From Minisyncoccota bacterium (GTDB lineage: Bacteria > Patescibacteriota > Minisyncoccia > UBA6257 > 2-01-FULL-56-20): a stretch of 64,000 bases of DNA. The stretch spans positions 70,498 through 134,497 of the forward strand of contig DATKNL010000012.1 in NCBI GenBank assembly GCA_035541435.1, written 5' to 3'. The notes under the pieces are model-generated. The model worked only from the letters and a program-made list of their open reading frames with translations, did no database searches and had not been told where the DNA came from. This document shows, piece after piece, positions 9,640-18,327 of this stretch. Position numbers and translations under genes: made by a program. How positions within the stretch are numbered: position 1 is the stretch's first letter; each line of letters begins with the position of its first letter.

Positions 9640-11424
9640 CTACCGCGCGAATGCCCGGGCGCCCTCAAGCACCTCCCCTTCCCCGTTGCCGCTCTGCTCG
9701 CGCCACAGCGCCGAATAGAGCCCGTCGGGATTCCGCAGCAGCTCGGCGTGCGCGCCGCGCTCGATGATCGATCCCTTCTGCAGCACGAAGATCGTATCGG
9801 CGTGCGCGATCGTCGAGAGCCGGTGCGCGATCATGACCGTGATGAGGTCGGGGCGCGACCGGGCGATCTCCTTGATCGTGTCGGTGATGGACCGCTCGGT
9901 GATCGAGTCGAGGCTCGAGGTCGCCTCGTCGAAGATGATGAGGTCGGGCCTGCGCAGGAGCGCCCGCGCGATCGCGAGGCGCTGGCGCTCGCCGCCCGAG
10001 ATCTTGATGCCGCCCTCGCCGATCTTCGTGTCGAGCCCCTTGCCGCCGCGCTCGGCGATGCCCACGACCGAGGCGTTCCGGAGCGCCTCCCAGCAGTCCT
10101 CGTCGGTCGCCGCAGGGTTGACGAACAGCAGGTTCTCGCGGAGCGTCCCCGCGAACAGCTGGGTCTCCTGCGAGACATAGCCGATCGTGCCGCGCAGGGC
10201 GTCGAAGTCGATGCGGCGGCTGTCGGTCCCGTTGATCGTGATGGACCCGCCCGTCGGATGATAGAGGCCCACGAGCAGCTTCACGAGCGTCGTCTTGCCC
10301 GATCCTGAATAGCCGGCAAACGCGACCGTCTCACCGCTCCGGATGGTGAACGAGGCGCCGTTCACCGCGGGGGCGTTGTTGCCGTCATAGCCGAACGAGA
10401 CGTTCTCGAACTCGATGGCCTTCAGGCTTCCGAGCCTCACCGCATCGGCCGGCTTCTCTTCGGGCGCGATATTCAGGATCTCCTCAAGCTTCTCAAGGCT
10501 GCCGCGCGCCTCCTGATATTGCGCCGCCACCGTACCGATGTCGCCGAGCGGCGAGAAGATATAGAAGGAATAGAACCAGAGGCTCAGGAACTCGCCGAGC
10601 GAGACGCGCCCGAGCACGATGAGCCAAAGCATGGCGAACAGGATCGCCGAGCGCATCGCGTTCACGATCGTCCCCTGCGTGAAGCTCAGCTTGCGGATCA
10701 GCTTGAGCTTCGAAAGCTCGAGGCCGAGCACCTTCGTGTTCACCTCGTTGAGCCGCTTCGTCTCCTGCTCCTCGAGGCCGAGGCTCTTCACGAGCTCGAC
10801 GTTCCTGATCGTCTCGGTCGTCGATCCGGCAAGGTTCGCCGATTCGACCACGATGTTCTTCTGCACCGCCTTGATGCGGCGTCCCAAAAAGAACATGGTC
10901 GTTCCGACGATCGGAATGATGAGGAAATAAAGGAGGCCGATAAGCCAATGCACGAAGAACGCATAGACGAGCACGAACAGGATGCCGACGCACGAGACGA
11001 ACACGATGTCGACGAAGCTCAGGATGAGCTGCTGCGCGTCGAGGCGCGCCTTCTGGAGCTTCTGCAGCAGCTCGCCGGACCGCTGGTCCTCGAACACCGA
11101 ATACGGAAGCGAAAAGGAGTGCGACACGCTGTGGGCATAGAGCTCGGTGCCGACGCGCTGGGTCACGACGTTCTCATAATATTGCTGGAAGTTCTTGGCG
11201 ATGCGCGAAACGAGCGCCGCGCCCACCGAAGCGAGCAGCAGGATCCCCACCCCGCGCAGGAAGTCGGCATGCGAAATCGACCCGACCTTCGAGACGTAAT
11301 CGTCAATGATGAGGCGGAAGATCTGAGGATCGAGCAGCGAAAACAGCTGGTTCACCGAAGCGAGGACCAGCGTCAGGCCAAGATATTTCTTATAGCGTCT
11401 TAGATAGTTCCACAATAATTGCAT
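9640..11424 (-). CDS. ABC transporter permease/ATP-binding fusion protein (MsbA-like exporter)
   Basis: 594 aa; six N-terminal TM helices then NBD with GYSGSGKTT Walker A, ISGGERQRLAIARAL signature, IIFDEATSSLD Walker B. Confidence 0.8.
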   Translation of the reverse strand: MQLLWNYLRRYKKYLGLTLVLASVNQLFSLLDPQIFRLIIDDYVSKVGSISHADFLRGVGILLLASVGAALVSRIAKNFQQYYENVVTQRVGTELYAHSVSHSFSLPYSVFEDQRSGELLQKLQKARLDAQQLILSFVDIVFVSCVGILFVLVYAFFVHWLIGLLYFLIIPIVGTTMFFLGRRIKAVQKNIVVESANLAGSTTETIRNVELVKSLGLEEQETKRLNEVNTKVLGLELSKLKLIRKLSFTQGTIVNAMRSAILFAMLWLIVLGRVSLGEFLSLWFYSFYIFSPLGDIGTVAAQYQEARGSLEKLEEILNIAPEEKPADAVRLGSLKAIEFENVSFGYDGNNAPAVNGASFTIRSGETVAFAGYSGSGKTTLVKLLVGLYHPTGGSITINGTDSRRIDFDALRGTIGYVSQETQLFAGTLRENLLFVNPAATDEDCWEALRNASVVGIAERGGKGLDTKIGEGGIKISGGERQRLAIARALLRRPDLIIFDEATSSLDSITERSITDTIKEIARSRPDLITVMIAHRLSTIAHADTIFVLQKGSIIERGAHAELLRNPDGLYSALWREQSGNGEGEVLEGARAFAR

Positions 11425-11432
11425 GAGGTTTC

Positions 11433-11479
11433 AGTATACCAATCCGCGCGGATTTTTGCGACGTGCGGGTGGCGCAAAA
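11433..11479 (-). promoter_or_regulatory. Promoter/operator region of ABC exporter gene: -10 TATACT 8 nt before ATG (leaderless), perfect palindrome AATCCGCGCGGATT plus second inverted repeat TTTTGCG-N12-CGCAAAA
   Basis: Read directly; palindrome lies in the -35/-10 spacer region on the minus strand. Confidence 0.35.
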
Positions 11480-11768
11480 TCCAGATCTGTGATAGGGTAT
11501 GAAGCAGTTATCTTCCTTCGAAGGAGCAGACGTGGACGATTACAACAGCGCCAGGACGTATGGAGGTTTCTACCGAAGGGACCGACCCCCGCGAAAGCCC
11601 CATCCTCGACCGCAGCACGCCACGCAGGACGCAAAAGCGCCGCCCCGCGAATCCGTCGGCGATGAACGGCCGAAGCCGCTTCAAAGCGACCACCGCCTCG
11701 CGAACAGAAACTGAATCTTCTTGATTTGCCTCTGAACAGTCGACTAACCCGACTATTCTCCCTTGAAT

Positions 11769-11803
11769 GGCCGTTCCCTCACCGGAACGGCCCTTTTTAT
11801 TTC
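11769..11803. terminator. GC hairpin GGCCGTTCC-N6-GGAACGGCC with T-tract on plus side, immediately after uvrB stop
   Basis: Read directly; uvrB stop codon lies in the T-tract; U-tract only on plus strand so role (bidirectional terminator/attenuator) uncertain. Confidence 0.35.
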
Positions 11804-13860
11804 GCCGCAGGCGCCTTTTCGGCCGCCGCAGCGTCCTTGCGCGCCTCCTTCTCGAACTCCCGCGCCTTCACGGCAAGCTCTTTGATCTCGTCGCGCAGGA
11901 TGGCCGCAAGCTCGAAATCGAGCGCCTTCGCCGCATCGCGCATCTCGCGCTGCTTGTCGGCGATGAGCCTCGCGAGCGCCGTCCTGGATTTCGGCACGGG
12001 CCGCGTCTCGAGCTTCAGGATCTCGTCGACGTCGGGCAGGATGTCCGAGATCTTCTTGATGATCGTCGTCGGCGTGATGCCGTGCTCGGCGTTATAGGCG
12101 AGCTGCAGGGTCCGGCGGCGATCGGTCTCCTTCGCCGCGCGCTCGATCGATCCCGTCACCTGGTCGGCATACATGAGCACTTCGCCCTGCGCGTTGCGTG
12201 CCGCGCGGCCGATCGTCTGGATGAGCGACACCTCGCTGCGCAGGAACCCCTCCTTGTCGGCATCGAGGATCGCGACGAGCGACACCTCGGGAAGGTCGAG
12301 CCCTTCGCGCAGCAGGTTCACGCCCACGAGCACGTCGACCTTCCCCTTGCGGAGGTCGGTCAGGATCCTGATGCGGTCGAGCGTCTTCACGTCGCTGTGC
12401 AGATAGGTCACCTTCACCTTCTTCTCCTCGAGGTACGAGGCGAGGTCCTCGGCCATGCGCTTCGTGAGCGTCGTCACGAGCACGCGCTCCCTCTTCGCAA
12501 CGCGCTCCTCGATGCGCGGGATGAGGTCCTCGACCTGTCCGCGCGCCGGCTTGATCGTGATCCGCGGATCGACGAGCCCCGTCGGGCGGATGATCTGCTC
12601 GACGGTCTGCCCGCCGTGCGCCGGATCGCTTTCCTCGCGCTCATAGGGGCCCGGCGTCGCCGACGTGTAGATCACCTGGCCGATGCGCGCCTCGAACTCC
12701 TCGAACCGCAGGGGCCGGTTGTCGATGGCGGACGGCAGGCGGAACCCGTACTCGACGAGCGTCTTCTTGCGCGCGGCATCGCCGTTGTACATGCCCTGGA
12801 GCTGCGGCACCGTCATGTGCGACTCGTCGATGACCGTCAGGAATTCGGGACGGCCCTTCTCGTCGTGCGGGAAATAGTCGAGGAGCGTCGCCGGCGGCTC
12901 GCCCGCGGCCCGTCCCGAAAGGTGCCGCGAATAGTTCTCGATGCCGTGGCAGTACCCGACCTCGCGCATCATGGCGATGTCGAACTTCGTGCGGCGCTCG
13001 AGCCGCTCCGCCTCGAGGAACTTCTTCTCTTTGTCGAACTTCGCGAGCTGCTCCTTGAGCTCGGCCTGGATAGCGACGATCGCCCGCTCGCGCTCCGGGG
13101 CCTCGGTGATGAAGTGCTTCGCCGGCGCGAACGTGATGTCGGGGATCTTCGGCGTCTTGCCGGGCCTGAACCCGACGACGGGATCCACCTCATAGATCTC
13201 CCGGATCACCCCGCCCAGGACCTCGATCGTATACACGATCTCGCGGTCCGCGGGCATGATCTCCCAATTCTCTCCGCGCAGGCGGTACGTGCCGCGCTTG
13301 AGGTCGGCGTTCGTGCGGTTGAACTGCAGCTCGACGAGCCGGCGCGAGAACTCCTTGCGTTCGATGCGGTCCCCGACCTTGAAGTGGAAGATGTTCTGCC
13401 GATAGACATCGGGGGCGCCGAGGCCATAGATGCACGACACCGACGCGACGATGATCACGTCGCGCCGCGTGAGGAGCGCCGTCGTCGCCGCGTGGCGCAG
13501 CTTGTCGATCTCGTCGTTGATGAGCGCCTCTTTGTCGATATAGGTGTCGCTCGACGGGATGTAGGCTTCGGGCTGGTAATAGTCGTAATACGAGACGAAA
13601 TAGTTCACCGAGTTGTTCGGGAACAGTTCGCGGAACTCGTTGCAGAGCTGCGCGGCGAGCGTCTTGTTGTGCGCGATGACGAGCGTCGGCCTCTGCACGC
13701 CCGCGATCACGTTCGCAATGGTGAAGGTCTTGCCCGAGCCCGTGACGCCGAGCAGCGTCTGCGCGGGCATGCCCCGCTCGACGCCTTTCGCGAGCGCCGC
13801 GATCGCCTTGGGCTGATCGCCCGCCGGCTTATTGGATGAGATGATTTCGAATTTTGACAT
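11797..13860 (-). CDS. uvrB: Excinuclease ABC subunit B
   Basis: 687 aa; helicase motifs GVTGSGKTF, DESH, UvrB beta-hairpin region and C-terminal UVR domain (LRDEIKELAVKA). Confidence 0.9.
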   Translation of the reverse strand: MSKFEIISSNKPAGDQPKAIAALAKGVERGMPAQTLLGVTGSGKTFTIANVIAGVQRPTLVIAHNKTLAAQLCNEFRELFPNNSVNYFVSYYDYYQPEAYIPSSDTYIDKEALINDEIDKLRHAATTALLTRRDVIIVASVSCIYGLGAPDVYRQNIFHFKVGDRIERKEFSRRLVELQFNRTNADLKRGTYRLRGENWEIMPADREIVYTIEVLGGVIREIYEVDPVVGFRPGKTPKIPDITFAPAKHFITEAPERERAIVAIQAELKEQLAKFDKEKKFLEAERLERRTKFDIAMMREVGYCHGIENYSRHLSGRAAGEPPATLLDYFPHDEKGRPEFLTVIDESHMTVPQLQGMYNGDAARKKTLVEYGFRLPSAIDNRPLRFEEFEARIGQVIYTSATPGPYEREESDPAHGGQTVEQIIRPTGLVDPRITIKPARGQVEDLIPRIEERVAKRERVLVTTLTKRMAEDLASYLEEKKVKVTYLHSDVKTLDRIRILTDLRKGKVDVLVGVNLLREGLDLPEVSLVAILDADKEGFLRSEVSLIQTIGRAARNAQGEVLMYADQVTGSIERAAKETDRRRTLQLAYNAEHGITPTTIIKKISDILPDVDEILKLETRPVPKSRTALARLIADKQREMRDAAKALDFELAAILRDEIKELAVKAREFEKEARKDAAAAEKAPAAK

Positions 13861-14085
13861 GATGGTTGGCGTGGAAGATCGCAGGAAGGCCCCGAGGGCC
13901 TTGCCCTAAGGGGTATCGTTTCCTTCTCTTTCAGCCACTATTATACCGCAAATCGCGACAAAAGAAAAACCGCTTTCCGACCTCACCGGAAAACGGCCTT
14001 TCTCGTAATTACTTACAAGATTCATTATAGCACGCCCGAAGCGGACGGGTGTGGATAGAATCTGGATTCCAAAAACGCCCGATTT

Positions 14086-14757
14086 TCAGGCATTCGGGAG
14101 ACGCGCGAGCACCTTGGTCAGCGGGCACAGCTCGTGCTTGTGCGGCCGGGCCACGCAATAGGCGCGTCCGTAGTCGATGATCATATAGGTGGCCCTGAAC
14201 CAGTCCTTTTTCGGAATGATCGCCATGAGGTCCCGCTCGATCTTGACCGGATCGGATTCCCGGCTCAACCCGAGGACGTTCGACAGGCGCTTCACGTGCG
14301 TGTCGACGGCGATCCCCTCGACGACGCCATAGGCGTTCCCTAAGATGACGTTCGCCGACTTGCGGCCCACGCCGGGGATCTTCGTCATCTCCTCCATGGT
14401 CTTCGGCAGCACGCCGTGATGCTTCGTCTTCACCACGTTCGCGGCGGCAAGGATGTTCTTCGTCTTCGCGCGATAGAAGCCGCAGGCATGGATGTCCTTC
14501 TCGAACCCCCTGATCCCCTTCGCCGACTTCGACGCCCTCACATAGGCTTCGAGGTTCGGGTATTTCTTGAAAAGCGCGGGGGTGACCTGGTTCACCTTCT
14601 TGTCGGTGCACTGCGCCGACAGCTGCACGGCCACCAGAAGCTCCCACGCGTTGCCGAAATTCAGCGCGATCTCGGCTTTCGGGAAAAGCCTTGCGAGCGT
14701 TTTGGATATGGCCCGCCAGCGCTTCCTGAGCCGCGGAAGGTCCTTAGGCGAATTCAT
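14086..14757 (-). CDS. nth: Endonuclease III-like HhH-GPD DNA glycosylase (only two C-terminal Cys; canonical 4Cys Fe-S motif not evident)
   Basis: C-terminal 223 aa of track ORF 14086..15858, starting MNSPKDLPRL; HhH-GPD motif LPGVGRKSANVILGNAYG...VDTHV; upstream 1.1 kb of the track ORF is antisense to mpg and rejected. Confidence 0.8.
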   Translation of the reverse strand: MNSPKDLPRLRKRWRAISKTLARLFPKAEIALNFGNAWELLVAVQLSAQCTDKKVNQVTPALFKKYPNLEAYVRASKSAKGIRGFEKDIHACGFYRAKTKNILAAANVVKTKHHGVLPKTMEEMTKIPGVGRKSANVILGNAYGVVEGIAVDTHVKRLSNVLGLSRESDPVKIERDLMAIIPKKDWFRATYMIIDYGRAYCVARPHKHELCPLTKVLARLPNA

Positions 14758-14781
14758 AGCAATGATTATAATGAAAAAATC

Positions 14782-15357
14782 ATGAAAAGAATATTGACAA
14801 AAGCGTTCTTCGATCGGCCGGCCGTCGACGTGGCGCGCGACCTCATCGGCGCCTATGTCGTGCGCCGCCATCGCGGGCGCACGCTCGCGGTCATGATCAC
14901 CGAGACCGAGGCCTATGACGGGCCGCGCGACCGCGCATCGCACGCCCATCGCGGCCTCACGCCGCGCACCAGGCCGATGTTCGGGCCGGCAGGCGTCCTC
15001 TATGTCTATTTCACCTATGGCATGCACTGGCTCATGAACGTCGTCACCGGCCCCGAAGGCTATCCCGCGGCCGTCCTCATACGGGCCGGACGCTTCGCGG
15101 ATCCGAAAACGGGCGCCGTTCGCGAGCTCAAGGGCCCCGCGCTTCTCGCCCGCTATCTTCATATCGACGGGTCCGCGAGCGGCAGGAAGGCAGCCCGCCC
15201 TACCGGCATCTGGTTCGAAGACCGGGGCGTCCGCATCGCGCGAAGCGCCATAAGTGCCTCGCGGCGCATCGGCGTCGACTATGCCGGACCGACCTGGTCG
15301 CGCAAGCCTTATAATTTCAGACTTTCCCAAAATATTGACTTTTTGTGCAAAAAGTGA
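14782..15357 (+). CDS. mpg: DNA-3-methyladenine glycosylase (Mpg/AAG family)
   Basis: Starts MKRILTKAFFDRPAVDVARDLIGAYVV..ITETEAYDGPRDRASHA (AAG-family signature); divergent from nth with ~24-bp intergenic. Confidence 0.75.
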   Translation: MKRILTKAFFDRPAVDVARDLIGAYVVRRHRGRTLAVMITETEAYDGPRDRASHAHRGLTPRTRPMFGPAGVLYVYFTYGMHWLMNVVTGPEGYPAAVLIRAGRFADPKTGAVRELKGPALLARYLHIDGSASGRKAARPTGIWFEDRGVRIARSAISASRRIGVDYAGPTWSRKPYNFRLSQNIDFLCKK

Positions 15358-15363
15358 TATAAA
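15335..15363 (+). promoter_or_regulatory. sigma70-like promoter TTGACT-N17-TATAAA for downstream hypothetical gene
   Basis: ttgactttttgtgcaaaaagtgatataaa read directly; followed by AAAGGGAG SD and TTG start. Confidence 0.4.
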
Positions 15364-15402
15364 TGAACGTAGAACGCCATCTTTACCAAAGGGAGAAGAG
15401 CT

Positions 15403-15870
15403 TTGACAAGGAAACGGATCGCGCGGAAAACGTTTTTGCAGTTGGCCATCGAGGTGCGCATGATGCGGGGCTCGGGTGTCCTCATCAGCAAGACTATCGA
15501 GCACACGCTTGATGAAAACGGCATAAACGACGGATTTGAACGCCTGGTGCTCCAGCGGGAACTCACCCATGAGGTAACCTGCAACCAGGTTGATTTCACC
15601 GAGGACGAGCTGCCAAGGAATCCCGACGAACGCTTCGACTTCATGGTACGGTGGGCGGGCGTGCTTCATAAGTACCGCTATCCCGGACGGAACGGCCTCA
15701 CGTCGTTCCTCAGCGCCGTGCATCGGACCATGTGGCAGTTCAACGTGCCGGCGACGGAGCAGATAAAGACAAGGTCGCGGATCTGCAGCGCTTTGCAGAA
15801 ACATAGCGTCGCACGAAGGAAAAAGAACGACGAGACCGATCGCTTCAATGCGATCCAAGCCAGCATGTGA
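15403..15870 (+). CDS. Hypothetical protein (155 aa), TTG start
   Basis: Track ORF with own promoter and SD; lower GC (~55%) than neighbours; no recognisable domain. Confidence 0.5.
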   Translation: MTRKRIARKTFLQLAIEVRMMRGSGVLISKTIEHTLDENGINDGFERLVLQRELTHEVTCNQVDFTEDELPRNPDERFDFMVRWAGVLHKYRYPGRNGLTSFLSAVHRTMWQFNVPATEQIKTRSRICSALQKHSVARRKKNDETDRFNAIQASM

Positions 15871-15928
15871 TCACCCCCCCGCCCAGGGAATACCAGGCGG
15901 GGGTTTTTCTTGCCCGCATCCCCTCCTT

Positions 15929-16456
15929 TCAGAATCCGTCCCGCACGCGGCGGCGCGAGAAGCGGATCCCGCCGGGGAAAAATTCGATCTGATCGGCGCC
16001 TTCGTTGATGAACCCGATGCCCCGTCCGCTCGTCGCGAGCGGTTTCTCGCTGAAGTCCCTCACCGCCTGGGCGACGTCGTCTTCGGTCGGCAGAAACCGG
16101 CCCTGGTCGACGACCGTGACCTCGGCTTCGTCGGGCGCGAAGCGGAACGTGACGTCGACGTGACGCTTGGATTTCTCGCCCGCTTCTGCCTCGTGGATGC
16201 GCTGCGAGATGTGCTGGTCGTCCGGACTTTCCTTCGCGACCTCAAGATTGCCGTGCACGATGGCGTTCGTCACGGCTTCGCGGATGGCGAGAAGAAACGG
16301 CGCCGATTCGTCCTCGGTCCATCCGAGATCGGCGAGATGCCGTTCGGCAAGCTGCTCCACCTCGTTGACGGTCTCGCTGCGGCTTTCGAGCAAAAATGCG
16401 GCCTCAAAAACGCCTCCTTTTTCCTTTTTCCCGCTGTCTGGATGTTCGAACGGCAT
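15929..16456 (-). CDS. Anti-sigma regulatory factor / GHKL-type ATPase (RsbW/SpoIIAB-like serine protein kinase)
   Basis: 175 aa; motif LLAIREAVTNAIVHGN and GRGIGFI typical of HATPase_c anti-sigma factors. Confidence 0.6.
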   Translation of the reverse strand: MPFEHPDSGKKEKGGVFEAAFLLESRSETVNEVEQLAERHLADLGWTEDESAPFLLAIREAVTNAIVHGNLEVAKESPDDQHISQRIHEAEAGEKSKRHVDVTFRFAPDEAEVTVVDQGRFLPTEDDVAQAVRDFSEKPLATSGRGIGFINEGADQIEFFPGGIRFSRRRVRDGF

Positions 16457-16472
16457 GCGAGTGGTCGTGCTG

Positions 16473-16973
16473 CTAATGGATCGGGGCCGATGGGGCCGTC
16501 GACGACGCGAAGACGACCGGCACCGCGAACGATTCGTCGCGCGCTGGATCGCCCGAAGGGTTGTCCTTGGAAAACACGATCGAGCCGGTCGCCGTCGCGG
16601 GCGCCCGGAACGAGACCGACGCCGAGAACGGGACGGTCCCCGTCGACATCCAGTCCGCCGTCGCGCGCGCCTGTCCCTCGCCGATCATGGCACCCGTCGC
16701 GTCGAGCACCTTCACGGGGAACGTGGCCTCGAAAAACCATCCGCCGCCGGTGACGGTCCCTGCGATCGAGACGGGCGAAGCGACCGATGCGCCGGCCTGG
16801 GGGATCGTGACCGCGACGTGGCCGTCCAGCGACAGCGCGACGGTCGATGTGGCGCCGAACGAAGGCCCCGGCGCGGGCGTCGCCGGTTTGGGATTATAGA
16901 AGATGAGCACGCCAAGCAGGGCCACGATGATGACCGCAAGCACGACGACGAGCGCCTTGAGTCCCCGGTTCAT
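16473..16973 (-). CDS. Exported Ig-like (Gmad2-type) domain protein
   Basis: 166 aa; N-terminal TM/signal MNRGLKALVVVLAVIIVALLGVLIF, Pro/Thr linker, then GGWFFEATFPVKVLDATGAMIGEGQA beta-sandwich motif. Confidence 0.5.
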   Translation of the reverse strand: MNRGLKALVVVLAVIIVALLGVLIFYNPKPATPAPGPSFGATSTVALSLDGHVAVTIPQAGASVASPVSIAGTVTGGGWFFEATFPVKVLDATGAMIGEGQARATADWMSTGTVPFSASVSFRAPATATGSIVFSKDNPSGDPARDESFAVPVVFASSTAPSAPIH

Positions 16974-16979
16974 GGCAGG

Positions 16980-17249
16980 TCAGCGGATCGCCCCCTCGCG
17001 GCGGAGGATCTCGATCTTTTTCGGCGTCCCGCTCGCATAGCCGCCGACCGTCCCGTCGGAGCGGACCACGCGGTGGCACGGCACGCGCTTCGTGTCGGGA
17101 TTGTTGTGCATGATGTTGCCGACCGCCCGGGCGGCGCGAGGGCTGCCCGCGCGGCGCGCGACTTCGGCATAGGTCATGGTGCTGCCACGCGGGATCGCGG
17201 CCACCACGTCATAGACCCGCTCGGTGAACGACTTCATATTCTTCATCAT
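16980..17249 (-). CDS. ogt: Methylated-DNA-protein-cysteine methyltransferase DNA-binding/active-site domain protein (Ogt/YbaZ-like)
   Basis: 89 aa; HTH plus catalytic PCHRVV motif (RVPCHRVVRSDGTVGGY). Confidence 0.75.
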   Translation of the reverse strand: MMKNMKSFTERVYDVVAAIPRGSTMTYAEVARRAGSPRAARAVGNIMHNNPDTKRVPCHRVVRSDGTVGGYASGTPKKIEILRREGAIR

Positions 17250-17280
17250 GCCATCATTATATCAGACCGCCCGGGACAGC

Positions 17281-17308
17281 AAAAAGCCGCAGCGTGGTTC
17301 CGCTGCGG
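17281..17308 (-). terminator. Rho-independent terminator (CCGCAGCG-N6-CGCTGCGG followed by U5 on minus strand)
   Basis: aaaaagccgcagcgtggttccgctgcgg read directly; downstream of 76-aa gene. Confidence 0.5.
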
Positions 17309-17318
17309 CATCGGCGAT

Positions 17319-17549
17319 TTAACGGCCTTTTCTCGGACCCATCCGCCGGGCAAGCTCTATTTCAAGCTCGCGGGCGACGAGGTCGAGGGTCACTCCCGGC
17401 AGGACTTGCTGCCTGTTATCATGGTTACGTTTGACGATCGCGTGGACCGCGGCTTCGAACTGCGTCGGCGTGAGGCCCGGATAACGCTGCTCGGCGATGC
17501 TCAGGCACAGTTGGCCCCATTCCTTCATGAAAGCAGGTTCCTTTCTCAA
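17319..17549 (-). CDS. Hypothetical small protein (76 aa)
   Basis: Track ORF followed by an intrinsic terminator; no family recognised. Confidence 0.35.
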   Translation of the reverse strand: MRKEPAFMKEWGQLCLSIAEQRYPGLTPTQFEAAVHAIVKRNHDNRQQVLPGVTLDLVARELEIELARRMGPRKGR

Positions 17550-17643
17550 AAGCTCCGCCTATGATACTGGATTTGATCGAAAACCGCAAATGATGTATCA
17601 TGTACGGCGGTACGTTACCATATCTTGGAGGAACAAACGCCGC

Positions 17644-18231
17644 ATGTCGGGAACCCTTACCATCCACGACGAACTGACGATCGAAATGCTCATCAAAGCC
17701 GGAGTCCTCACGGACACCGACTACAAATCGCTGCCGCTTGAAAACGGAACGGCGCTCATCGCCTGCTCCGACGGCGACCGGTTCTATGATACCTTCCTGC
17801 ATCACGCCCATCTTCAGGTCAATCAGCTCAATCGCAAGACCCGTTCGGAGCCGCGCGTTCACACGTTCGCCTGGCACGGCGGCATTCTCGCCTGCGTGCC
17901 CGACTCGCCTGTCAACAACCATCCGAAGGCGGCCGAGGTGTTCCTGGATCAGATCAGGGACGCGCGTCGCATCGTCAAGAAGGACATCGATGTCTTCGCC
18001 CCGCACTCGCATTTCCCCTGTACGGCGGCCGCGAATGCCGACCTCGACATTCCGAAAATCCTCGCACTTCACGCCCGAGGCAAAGAAGAGCTTATGAACC
18101 TCGGCCTTTCGCTCAAGGTTCCCTGCTATTTTCACGTCGATTACCAAAGGAACAAGAAGCGCACCTATCAGATCAACTGGGACCGCTGGAACATCTGGTC
18201 CCGCGAGCAGATGACCCTCGTCGCAGCGTGA
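17644..18231 (+). CDS. Hypothetical protein (~195 aa)
   Basis: Track ORF 17497..18231 trimmed to ATG MSGTLTIHDELTIE to avoid overlap with divergent gene; followed by strong terminator. Confidence 0.45.
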   Translation: MSGTLTIHDELTIEMLIKAGVLTDTDYKSLPLENGTALIACSDGDRFYDTFLHHAHLQVNQLNRKTRSEPRVHTFAWHGGILACVPDSPVNNHPKAAEVFLDQIRDARRIVKKDIDVFAPHSHFPCTAAANADLDIPKILALHARGKEELMNLGLSLKVPCYFHVDYQRNKKRTYQINWDRWNIWSREQMTLVAA

Positions 18232-18267
18232 TTCCTCCTTCCGCTCTCTCCTGAGCGATTAGCAACA

Positions 18268-18301
18268 CCCCGCATGGCTGGTCCATTGCGGGGCTTTTTT
18301 A
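18268..18301 (+). terminator. Rho-independent terminator CCCCGCA-N12-TGCGGGG + T6
   Basis: ccccgcatggctggtccattgcggggctttttt read directly. Confidence 0.6.
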
Positions 18302-18327
18302 TCCCTTTTTAATAAATGAAGAAATCC

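Noticed and set aside
14086-15858. 590-aa minus-strand ORF suggesting a large fusion protein
   Set aside because: Only the C-terminal 223 aa (from MNSPKDL) is EndoIII. The upstream 367 aa are the antisense of the mpg glycosylase gene and of intergenic DNA.
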